From an uncultured bacterium (GTDB lineage Bacteria; Acidobacteriota; Thermoanaerobaculia; Multivoradales; JAHZIX01): a DNA stretch of 64,000 nucleotides. A program made the translations under genes and the position numbers. Positions 1-12,000 of this stretch are shown here, in pieces (position 1 is the first letter of the stretch; every line of letters starts with the position of its first letter). The stretch covers positions 1 to 64,000 of the forward strand of contig CBDUPA010000006.1 in assembly GCA_965368975.1 (NCBI GenBank), read 5' to 3'. The notes below the pieces were generated by a model. That model had not been told where the DNA came from. It was given only the letters and a program-made list of their open reading frames with translations, and did no database searches.

Positions 1-1
1 G

Positions 2-3000
2 TGGACGGCGCCGGACGAGCTGGATTGCCTGGCGTCGCGCGGGATCGAACGTCTCGATGTCGAGACCTTGCCGCTCCTGGCCGCGGATGCGAATCTGGGC
101 GCGCTGGCCGCGAAACTGCCCCGTGTCGACGATCGCAACCTGGTCTACGTCGTCTTCACCTCCGGCTCGACCGGCCGGCCGAAAGGCGTCGAGGCGGTGC
201 ACCGGGCGGTGGTGCGGTTGGTGCGCGACGGCGACTTTGCCGACTTCGGACCGGAAACCGTGCTGGTGCAGGTGGCGCCGGTCGCCTTCGACGCCTCGAC
301 GCTCGAGATCTGGGCGACGCTGGCCGGTGGTGGGCGACTGGTGATTCCGCCGCGGGCGGGCATCTCCCTGTCCGAGCTGGCTCGCTGGATCCGGCGTCAC
401 GGCGCGACGGTGCAGTGGATCACGACCGGATTTTTCCACCAGATGGTCGATGCCGAGGTCGAGACGCTGCGGCGCCTGGGACAGATTCTCACCGGCGGTG
501 AAGTGCTGTCGCCGGGGCACGTAGGACGCTTGCTGAGCACCGGCTTCAGCGGGCACGTCACCAATTTCTACGGACCGACCGAGAACACTACCTTCACCAC
601 CTTCTACCCGCTGCTCCACGCCGACTTCGACATGGTGGCGAGTCCGATCGGCAAGCCGATTGCACGCACCTATGTGGTTGTCCTGGCGTCTCCCTGGGAG
701 CAGGCTGCTGAGGGCGAGCCCGGTGAATTGGCCTGCGGAGGGGACGGCCTGGCGCGGGACTACCTGGGACGGCCAGCGCGCACGGCGGCCAGTTTCGTGC
801 CGGATCCGTGGTCGAACACGCCAGGTGCGCGCCTCTACCGCAGCGGCGACCTGGTACGCCAGCGCGGCGACGGTGTGGTCGAGTTCCTGGGGCGCCTCGA
901 CGCGCAGGTCAAGGTGCGGGGCTTCCGCATCGAGCCGGGGGAGGTCGAGGCGGCGCTGCGGGCACTGCCGGCGGTGGGCGATGCGGTCGTCGTGGCCCGC
1001 CGCGACGGCACCGAGGCGGGCGGTAGTTCGAGTCTGGTGGGGTACATCGTCCCGGCAGCGGAGCTGCTGGCAAGGCCCACCATCCCGGCAGCGGAGCTGC
1101 CGGAGCGAGATGAACCGCAGGGCCAGGGTAACGAGGTCGAGCCGAGCACAGCCGACGAAACCGCAGATGTTCCCGCAGATCACCTCGACCACTGGCAGCG
1201 CCTGTTCGACGACATCTACGCCGCCGACCGCGACCTCGAAGACGTTGCCTTCGATCGCATCGGCTGGGACAGCAACTACACTGGCCAGCCGATCCCGCAG
1301 GAAGAGATGCAAGAGTGGCTGCGTGGCACCCTCGACGACCTGCGGCAGCTGCAGCCGAAGCGGGTGCTGGAGGTCGGCTGCGGTACCGGCATGGTGCTCT
1401 TCGGGGTCGCTGGCGTCTGTGATCGCTACGTCGGCATTGACCTGTCACCGCAGGTCGTCGCGGACCTGCAACAGCGCGTGGCGGCGGCACGGGCGCGTGC
1501 CGAGGAGAGCGGCGGTCGACTGGCCGAGGTCGAGTTGCACTGCAGCGCGGCACACGACGCCTCTGCCTGGCGCCACCAGCGCTTCGACACCACGGTGCTC
1601 AATTCGGTGCTGCAGTACTTCCCGGACATGGACTACTTGGCCGGCGTGGTGCGCAACATGATCGCGGTCACCGAGGACGGCGGTGCGGTCTACGTCGGCG
1701 ACGTGCGCAGCTTCCCTTTGCTGGAGCTGTGCAACACTTCGCTGGCGCTCTTCCGAGCCGCGGACGACCTGCCGCTGGCGGCGCTGCAGCACGAGGTGCG
1801 CCGGCGCACGTTGCAGGAGAACGAGCTGACCGTCGACCCAGCTTTCTTCTTCGAGCTGGCGCGCCGTGATCCGCGCATCACGGCTGTGGAGATCCACGTA
1901 CCGCAGGGCCGGGCACACAATGAACTGACCCGGTTCCGGTATTCGGCGGTGCTGCGCGTCGGTCCCGCATCAGGTTCGTCTGGCGGTCGTGACACCGCTG
2001 CCTGCCGTGATATTCCCTGGCAAGATGTTGCTTGGCGAGACGGCCGTGGCTTGACCCACCTCGACGCGCTGCGTCGCGAACTCGATGCGGCCCGGCGCCA
2101 GGGGGTGTTGACCATGGCCTTGCGCGGTCTGCCCAACGCCCGGCTGGCCCCGGACGTCGCGGCGCGCCAGCGGCTCGACGAACTCCTGGCGGCTGGCGAG
2201 CACGAGGAGCTGCGGCTGGCGCGGGCCGGCGAGTTGCGGCGGGCGGTGGCCCACGTTCCCGGGCTCGAACCACTGGACGTGCGCGAACTCGGGGCCGAAC
2301 TCGGATTTCAAGTGTTCCTCGGCTGGAGCCAGCAGGGAGACGAAGGCCGCTTCGAAGCCCTGTTCGACGCCACTGGCACGGCCACCACGTGCCCGCCGCT
2401 GCCCGAGGCCTGGGAGCCGGAAGCCCTGGCATCGGAATCTGCTTCGTCGAGCTCGAGCCGGCTTGGCTGGGGTCGCTTCGGCAATGATGCCCACCGCGGC
2501 GAGCGCATTCGAGAACTGGTGCCCGAGCTGCGCAGCGCGCTGGCCGGGCGCCTGCCCGAGCACATGGTGCCGTCTAGCCTGGTGCTGCTCGACGAGCTGC
2601 CGCTCAAGTCCAACGGCAAGGTGGACCCCGCCCGCCTGCCGCAGCCCGAGGTCGTGACGCGCGCCGCACAGCTGACGCCGCCGCGCACCGCGCTGGAGCA
2701 GGCACTGGCCGAGCTGTGGTGCGAGCTACTGCACCTGGATGAGGTCGGCATCCACGAACGTTTCGCTGACCTCGGCGGCCACTCGCTGCTGGCCACCCGC
2801 CTGCTCGCCCGCATTCGCGAGTTGACCGGCGTCGCGTTGCCACTCGGCCGCCTCTTCGAGCTGCCGACCATCGCGCAGTTGGCATCAGAGATCGAGACCG
2901 AGGGCGGCGGTCTGTCGGTGTCGCCCGAGAGTGTCCCATTGCAGGCTGCGGGACCCGAGCAGCCGGCACCGCTCAGCTTCGGCCAGGAGCAGCTGTGGTT

Positions 3001-6000
3001 CCTGGCGCGCCTGGTGCCGGACAACCCCTTCTACAACGTACCGCTGGTGCTCGAGCTGACCGGCAGGCTCGAGGTGGCGGCCTTGCAGACGGCGCTCGGT
3101 GAGCTGCTGCAGCGTCACGAGGTGCTGCGCGCCGAGATCCGCGTCGATGAAAGCGGGGTGTCCGAGCAGCAGGCCGTCGCGGTGCCGAGGGTACTGTTGC
3201 CGGTGGTCGACTTGGGATGGCTGAGGGCTGCCAGGGCTGAAGTCGGGGCGAGCATCATCGCCGGGGAACTCGACCGCTTGCAACAGCGTGAGGCCCTGCG
3301 GCCCCTGCGCCTGACGCCGCCACCCTTGGTGCGCGCGACGCTGGTGCGCTGGGGCGAGCACGCCCGCCTATGGCTGACCGTGCATCACATCGCCATCGAC
3401 GGCCGTTCCCTGCACGTTCTGCTCGACGACCTGGCCGCTCTCTACCGGGCCGCCTGTGCCGGCCGTGACGCGGGGCTGACGCCGCTGCCGGTGCAGTACG
3501 GAGACTTCGCACGCTGGCAGCGGGGAGCCTTCGTCGCCAACCAAGCCGATCGCCTGGAAAAGGATCTGGACGCCTGGCGCCAGTACCTGCAGGCTGCACC
3601 CGAGGTAATCGAACTGCCGGTGGATCATCCCGTGCCGGCGGTCCCTACGTTCCGGGCACGCCTGCGGCAGGTGCAGCTGTCGCGACGTCAGCAGGCACGA
3701 CTGCAGGAACTCGCTGACGCCGCCGACGCCAGCCTGTACATGGCGTTGTTCGCCGTCACCGCCGCCTGGCTGCGTCGCCATGGTGCGGCGCGCGATCTGG
3801 TGCTGGGTACGCCGCTGGGCGGTCGCCCGCATCCGCGGCTGGAGCCGTTGATCGGCTTCTTCGTCCAATCGCTGCCGGTGCGCCTGGACGCCCCCCTCGA
3901 TCTCGCCTTCGAGCGCTTGCTCGAGCGCGTGCGGCGCGCGCTGGTCGACACCTGGGCCCTGCCCGAGGTGCCCTTCGAGAAGCTGGTCGAAGAGCTGCAG
4001 CCGGCACGACAACCTGGGCAGAATCCCTTGCTGCAAGCGGTCGTTGGCTTCAACCAGCCGCTGCCGGCGCCGGATCTCAGCCCTGAGGTCGGCAAGAGCT
4101 TGACGAGCGCGCCCGCCTATCTCGAGCTGCGCACCACCCGCTTCGACCTCGAAGTGCACTTCGAACCGCACAGCACCGACGGCATCACTGGCTTGATGGT
4201 CGCCAGTGTGGACCGCTTTGAGGCTGCGACGGTCGAACGCCTGGCGATGCACTGGCAGCGCTTGATGACGGCCATCCTGGAGCGTCCGGATGCGCCGCTC
4301 TGGCGGCTCGACATGCTCGCCGCTGCCGAACGCCAGCAACTGCTGCACAGCTGGGCGGGAGGTCCCGAGGTCACTCGGGACGAGCGACTGGAAATGTCGT
4401 TGGAGGCGCTGTTCCTGCGCGCCGCCGATCGCGTCCCGGACGCGGTGGCACTGACCCAGGGCCGCCGCCATCACAGCTACGCTGGAGTGCGGGCGATGGC
4501 GGGGCGCATCGCTGATGGGCTGCGACGAAGCGGCGTCCAGGAGGGCGTAGCCGCGGCGGAGGCGCGCATTGTCGTGTCGCTGCCGCGTTCGCCGGAGCAG
4601 ATCGCGGCCGTGCTGGGCGTGCTGCTGGTGGGCGGTGTCTACGTGCCGCTCGATCCAGACGACCCTGAGCCGCGTCGACGTCGGCTGCTGGAAGAGTTGC
4701 GGCCGGCCGCCGTACTCGACGCCGAATCCTGTCCTCCAGCCCTGGTCGCGGGTCGTTCGCCGCACCTGACTGCCGTCGAGACGGGGCGCGAGACTGGGCA
4801 CGGGATCTGGCGCGAGACTGCACGGCCCGGTGGCGATCGGCTGGCCTACGTCCTTTTCACCTCTGGCTCCTCGGGCGTGCCCAAGGGCGTCGCGGTGCCG
4901 CACCGTGCCGTTGCCCGCCTGGTTCTGGCGGCCGACTACGTCGACCTGGGGCCCGAGCAGGTGATGTTCCAAGCCGCACCCCTGAGCTTCGACGCCTCGA
5001 CCTTCGAACTTTGGGGCGCGCTCGTCTGGGGTGGCCGCCTGGCCATGATGCCGCCGGGCCCACCGTCGCTGCAGACGCTCGATCGGCAGCTGCAACGCCA
5101 AGCGGTGAGTGTGACCTTCCTGACCACGACGCTGTTCAATCAGCTGGTGGATCTGGGCCTGCCCCTGGAGGCGGGAGCGGGCCTGGACCGTGTGGCTCAG
5201 GTGCTCACCGGCGGCGAGGCGATGTCGGCCACCCATGCTCGGCGGCTGCTGCAACGAGGTTTCCGCGGCCGGCTGAGCAACGTCTACGGCCCGACCGAGA
5301 ACACCACCTTCTCGACCCTGGAGGCGATCACGCCCGGCTCGCCGCAAGCCGCCATCAGTATCGGCCGGTCGATACCCCATACGCTGGTGCGCGTTCTCGG
5401 TCCCCGCGGAGAACTCGTTTCCGTCGGCGTCGGTGGGCAGCTGGCGCTGGCGGGTGCCGGCCTGGCCCGGGGCTATCTGGACCGTCCCGCGCGCACCGCC
5501 GCCAGCTTCGTGCCGGACGCCTTCGCCGCACATGCCGCTGCCGGCTCGCGCTCGTACTTGACCGGTGACTTGGTGCGCTGGCTGGCCGATGGTCGTCTCG
5601 ATTTTCTCGGCCGCTTCGACCACCAGGTCAAGGTGCGGGGTTTCCGTATCGAGCCCGAAGAAGTCGAAGCAGCGTTGACGGCGCATCCGGAGGTGCTGGC
5701 GGCGGCGGCCCTGGCGGTCAGCGGTGCGACCGCGGGGGACCGCAGCTTGGTGGCCTGTATCGTGACGGCCGGTGCTGACACCGCCGTACCGACACTGCGT
5801 CGTTGGCTGAGCAGCCGCCTACCGTCGCATCTGGTGCCGTCGCGCCTCTTGACGCTACCCAGCCTGCCGCTCAACGCCACCGGCAAGCTGGATCGCCGCG
5901 CCCTCGAACTCGTCGTGCGGGAGCGGCAGGTGCAGGAACCGCTCGCACAAGGAGCAAGCACCGCCGGACCGGTACCACCGCGCACGCCAATGGAAGAGCT

Positions 6001-9000
6001 GGTGGCGGGTGTGTGGCGCGAGCTGCTGGGTAGCACCGCCGCCACGGACGTCCACGCCTCCTTCTTCGACCTCGGTGGCCACTCGCTGCTGGTGACGCAG
6101 GCGATCACGCGTCTGCTGCGTCTCACTGGTGTCGAGCTGCCTCTGGCCGAGGTCTTTGCGCACCCGACCGTCGCTGAGCTGGCACGGGCGGTGGAGCAGC
6201 GGCTGGCGTCCGGGGTCGATCCGGAGGCCGAGACCTCGGTGCCACCGCTGGTGTCTCTCTCGGCCTCGGAGCGCGCCAGCGACGAAACCCTCACCGCACC
6301 GCTGTCCTTCGCGCAACGTCGGCTCTGGTTCGTCGGCCAGCTCGTGCCCAACAGCCCGATGTACAACGTGCCCCAGGTGCTCGACCTGGAGAGCCAACAC
6401 GGCGCCCTCGATCCGGAGCTCCTGCGTCGACTGTACTGGGGTTTGCGCCTGCTGCACGCCCGCCACGATGCCTTGCGGTGCCGTGTCGTGGCTTCCGAAA
6501 GTGAGCCCTACCAGCTCGTACCGCCTGCCGGTTCCTGGAGTCCGACCAGCGTAGATCTACGCGGCCTGCCCGCCTCGGTCGCAGAGGTCGAGGCCGTCCG
6601 CCTGCGTCGGCGCGAAGCGCAGCGACCCTTCCTCGACGATGCGTTCCACGGCGACGCGTCGCCCTGGCGTGCCGTGCTGGTGTTGCAAGATCCTCGGCGT
6701 TGCCAGCTACTCCTGACCCTGCACCACATCGCTGCCGACGGCTGGTCGGTCGATGTCTTGCTACGGGAACTCGGCCAGTTGTGCCGATCTGGAGTGCCTT
6801 TCGCCAAGCCTAGTACCGCACCTGACGCTGCACCTACCGGCGCCTTGGCACCGCTGCCGCTGCGCTATGCCGACTATGCACGGTGGCAGCGCAGCATCTG
6901 GAGCCGCGGCATCCTCGACGCGCACCTCGCTTGGTGGCGCGACCGGCTGCAGGATCTGCCATCGCTGCTGGCCCTGCCCACGGACCGTCCAAGACCGGCA
7001 CGGCCCAGCTTTCGCGGTGCGCACTACCAGGCACGGTTGACGCCAGCCCAGGTCGAGGGTCTGGAGGCCTTCGGTCGAGCGCACGGGGCCACGCCTTTCA
7101 TGGTGCTCGTGTCTGCCTTCCAGGCACTGCTGTGGCGGCTCACCGGTCGGCGCGACATCGTGCTCGGCACACCGATCGCCGGCCGCGATCACCTGGAGCT
7201 GGAGGGGCTCGTCGGCTGTTTCGTCAACACCTTGGTGCTGCGCAGCGAGGTGATGCCACAGCTCACCGTCGAGCGATTGCTGGAGGCGACGCGTGCCACC
7301 TGTTTGCAGGCCTATGCCCACGGCGCCGTGCCCTTCGAGCTGCTGGTAGAAGCGTTGCAGCCCGAGCGGCGTCTCAGCCACCAACCGCTGGTGCAGGTGG
7401 CGCTCGGCGTGCAGCCCGAAACGCCGGCCCCGCAGTTGCCGGGAGTGCGGGTGCGCCGTGCCTGGAGCGGGCTCGACACCGCGCGCCTGGACCTGACTCT
7501 GTCCATCGATCTCTCGGCCGGCGACGGTGCGCGCCTTTGGTGGGAGTACAGCACCGAACTCTTCGACGCCACGACCCTGATGCGCTGGGATCGTAGTCTG
7601 CGTCGCGTGTTGGCCAGCTGGGTGCCCACCAAACCCACGCGCCATTCCACGCACAAGCCCCCGCACGCGAATGACGTGCCAGCCGACTCTGTAGGGACCT
7701 CAACTGCCGATCCAGCAGCCCTGCTGCTGCGAGACCTGGATTGGCTCGATCGCAGTGAGCAGCACCAGCTGTTGCAGGCCTGGGCTTGCCTGCCGGCTGG
7801 CACCGCCTACCAGTCGCGGCCGGTGTTGCAGGCGGTAGCTTCGGTGGTCGCGGCACAGCCGCACGCGACGGCCCTGGTTTGGAGCTCTGCAGGCGGTCGG
7901 CCGGAACACCATCTCAGCTACGGTGAACTCGATCGCCGTTCCCGCCTGCTGGCCGCCACGCTGGCGACCACGCTGCGCCGCCGTGCTTCCGGACCGGGGA
8001 CGCCGGTCGGCTTGTGTACCGGTCGAGGCGGCGAGATGACCCTGGGAGCGCTGGCGATCCTGCGGGCCGGCGGCGCCTTCGTGCCGCTCGACCCCGCGCA
8101 CCCACCGCGCCGCTTGATCTGGCAGCTACAGGATGCCGGGGCACCGCTGGCCGTGGTCTCCGCCGCTGGTGAGCACACCCTGGGCGGCGGCTTTCCGTGC
8201 TTGCGAGTGGATCGAGTGCCGGCGACGGACAGCAGTGAGAGGCTTGACGTGGTGCCGCCTCACGCATGGCAACTCGCCTACGTTCTCTACACTTCGGGCT
8301 CGACCGGCCGCCCGAAGGGCTCCGAGGCGACGCACGGCAACCTGGCGCACCTGGTGGCCATGGCGCACAGCTTCCACACTCCGGCCGCCGGTGAGCGCAC
8401 CGCGCAGACCGTCGGCCCGGCGTTCGATGTCACCTTGCTCGAAGTGTGGCCGCAGCTGGTACGCGGCGCCACGTTGTGCGTACCGCCGCCGGACATCGTG
8501 ACCTCGCCGCCGGTTCTCTTGCCGTGGATGCGCAGGCAGCGAATCCTCGGAGCCTACATGGCGACACCGGTCGCCGAAGCGCTGGCGGCGGAGCCCGGCG
8601 CCGCGGAGCTGCCGCTGCGCTATCTGTGCACGGGGGGGTCGCGCCTGCACGCTATCCCTCGAAGCGACCTTCCGTGGCGCCTGCTGAACATCTACGGGCT
8701 GAGCGAGACGACGGTGGTGCTGACGCGCGAATGGGTACGGCTCGGCGCGGCCGAGCAGCCGGCGATCGGGCGGCCGGTACCGGGTATCGACCTCCACGTG
8801 CTGGATCCCGACTTCGAACTCACGCCGCCCGGAGTGCCGGGGCAGCTGTGCGCCGGTGGCACTGGCCTGTCGCGCGGCTATCTCGGCCGGCCTGCGCTGA
8901 CGGCCGACAAGTTCCGTCCGCATCCCTTCGCCGGCCGCATTGCCTCGACGGAACCGCTGGCCGGTGAGCGAGGGTCCGGCGCTCGTCTCTGCCTGACCGG

Positions 9001-12000
9001 CGACCTCGTGCGCTGGCGCGCGGATGGGCGTCTCGACTTCCTTTCGCGCATTGACCACCAGGTCAAGCTGCGCGGTCTGCGCATCGAGCTGGGCGAGATC
9101 GAAGCCGTGCTGCGGCGCCAGGACACGGTCGCGGAAGCGGTGGTGATCCTGCAGGAGGACAGTCTGCAGCGCTTGCTCGGGTATGTCGTTCCTGCCGCGG
9201 GGGCTACCGAAGGCGCGTCGCTCGACATGGGCGCCTTGCGCAAGGCTCTGGCGCAGGAAGTCCCCGATTACATGGTGCCGGCAGTGCTGCAGGTGCTGCC
9301 GGAGCTACCGCTCAACGCCAATGGCAAGCTCGACATCGCCCGCTTGCCGCGGCCGGAAGTGGACGCCACCGAGGCGGCGCGTGCGCCGGTCACCCCGATG
9401 GAACGACTGCTCGCCGGCCTCTGGCGCGAGGTTCTCAGCGACGCCGCGCCGGCTGAGCTGAGTCGCGACCAGGACTTCTTCGCCCTCGGTGGCCACTCGT
9501 TGCTGGCCGCACGCCTGACCTCCCGTCTGCGCCAGCGCTTGCACGTCGAGGTACCGGTACGCCTGCTGTTCGAGGCACCGACACTGGCTGAGCAGGCCGA
9601 GTACATCGAGCAGCTACGCGCCGGTCCGCGGCCGGTGCCGTCGCTGAGTGCCGAGCTGGTCGCTACGGAGTCGGGCGCTCTCGAGTCGACTGGAAGGGAC
9701 AGCGCACCGCTGTCCCTGGGGCAAGAGCGCTTGTGGCTGCTGCACCGCATGCAGCCCTCATCGCCGGTCTACAACATGCCCATGACTCTCGATCTCCCGG
9801 CGGACGTACGGCCCGCCGCCGTGACGCGGGCCGTCGGTGAGCTGATCCACCGTCATGCCGTGCTGCGAACGACCTACGAAGAAGCCGCTGATGGCCAGCC
9901 ACGGCAGCGCATCGCGCCCCCCATGCCGAGGGTCGACGGGTCGCGGGTCGCTCTACCCTGGATCGATCTGGGCCGGCTCGGCCGGGCTGCCGGCTCTGAG
10001 GCCGAGCGCCTCGGGCGACAGGAAGCGCGCCTGCCGTTCGACCTGCAGTGTGGTCCGCTGGCTCGCTTCATCCTGCTACGCCTGCCGCCGGGCGAAACCT
10101 ACGGCGCGCACCTGCTGCTCAACCTGCACCACAGCATCGCGGACGGCTGGTCCCTGGAGCTGCTACCGCGTGAGCTGGCGAACGCCTACCGTCGGGCTTG
10201 TGGTGCACGCGCCCAGCCGCTGGCACCCCTACCGATCAGCTATGCCGACTTCGCGCGCTGGCAGCGCCAGCGCCTGGAGAACGATCTGCAAGCCCAGTTG
10301 AGCTGGTGGTGTGACGCGCTGCAAGGGGTGCCGCAGGTTCTGGAGCTGCCGATCGATCACCCACGGCCACCGGTGCAGAGCTTGCAGGGTGCCCAACACG
10401 AAGTGCACCTGGACGCGCATGTCCTCGACGCTCTCGATGGAATCGGGCGTCAGCACGGCTGCAGTCGCTTCATGACCCTTCTGGCGCTCTTCCAGGCGCT
10501 GCTCTTCCGCTACACCGGTGCTTCGGACATCGTCGTCGGCTCGCCGGTCGCGGCGCGTACGCGGCCCGAACTCGAGCCGCTGCTCGGTTTCTTCGTCAAC
10601 AACCTGGTGCTGCGTGCGCGCTGCCGCGGCGGCTTGCCGTTCGAGCAGCTACTCGACCAGGTTCGCGACACCTGCCTCGACGCGCTCGCGCACCAGGACG
10701 TCCCCTTCGAGCGCCTGGTGGAAGCACTGCAGCCCGAACGCAATCCGTCCCTGACGCCGCTGTTCCAGGTCGTCTTCGTGGTCCAGGACGCGGTGCAAGA
10801 AGGGCTGGAGTGGCCGCTGGCAGCTACCGCCGGGCCTGCTGCCCACCGTGCGCGCCTGCGCGAGCGTGACCTTGGCAGCGCCAAGTTCGATCTCACGCTG
10901 ACGCTGCCCCGCGCTGCTGGGGCGACGGTCGGGTCGCTCGAATACGACACCGCCCTCCTTGACCCGGTCACCATCCACCGCTGGGCCGGGCATCTGCGCA
11001 CCCTGCTGGCTGGCGCGGCGGCGAGACCGTCGACGCCCCTGGATCGACTGCCCTTGCTCACCAGCGCCGAGCGGCACCAGTTGCACCACGAGTGGAGCGC
11101 ACCGGAGAAGACCGTACCGGCGCGCGAGGCACGGCGCACGCACGCCTTCGAGCCGGTGCACTTGCGCTTCCATGCCCACGCCGCCGCAACGCCGGGCCGA
11201 CCCGCCGTCGTCGATCCGGCCGGCAGCTGGAGCTATGGCGACCTCGACCGTCTGGCCCTCCAGCTGGCGCGGCAGCTACGCCGTCTGGGCGTCGGACCGG
11301 AAGTGCGCGTCGCGCTTTGCTTACCGCGCGGCCGACGCTCCGTCCTCGGCATGCTGGCCAGCCTCTATGCCGGCGGTGGCTTCCTCAGCCTGGACCCCGA
11401 GCACCCCGCGGAGCGCCTGCGCTTCCAGCTGCAAGATACTGCTGCTCGCGACGGTGCCGTCCGTGACGATACTGTCCGTGTCCTGCTCGTCGAGCCGCGG
11501 CTGGCGGTGGCCGAGGCACTGACTGGGGATCTGCCGTCGTCGATCACAGTGCTGCGTCTCGAAGGGGAGCCAGTCTTGTCTTCTACTACTGGGGCTGCAG
11601 GTACTGGGGCTGGCGATTGGCCGCGCATCCTGGCCGCACGGGAGACAGCTGAGCCTGGGCTGCCGGACGTTCCCGCGGCCGGCCAGCTCGCCTATGCCTG
11701 CTACACCTCGGGCTCGACCGGCCACCCGAAGGGCGTGGTCTTGACGCACGCCGGCCTGGCCGCGCAGTTGGACAACTTCCAGGGATCGTATGGCCCGAGG
11801 GCCGGCGAGCGCATGGGGCATGCAGCTGGCCTGGCCTTCGACGTCACCGTCTTCGAGGTCTGGGTGGCCCTGGCCGCGGGGGCCACCGTCTGCGTGCCGC
11901 CCGAGAACGTGCGCGTCAGTGCGCCGGGCATGCTCCGGTGGATGACCGAGCAACGTCTCGACGTCTGCGTCCTCACGACCGCGCTGGCTGAGCTGGCCCT

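Noticed and set aside
68-70. ORF-track start of NRPS1 at 68
   Set aside because: It falls mid A-domain and the frame is open to the window edge, so the gene begins upstream.
3368-5686. Long antisense or alternative-frame ORFs (e.g. 3368-5686, 12563-14269, 17105-18859, 33034-34800, 49297-50733, 56013-57371)
   Set aside because: They overlap well-supported genes and have no recognisable motifs; they are typical shadow ORFs in high-GC DNA.
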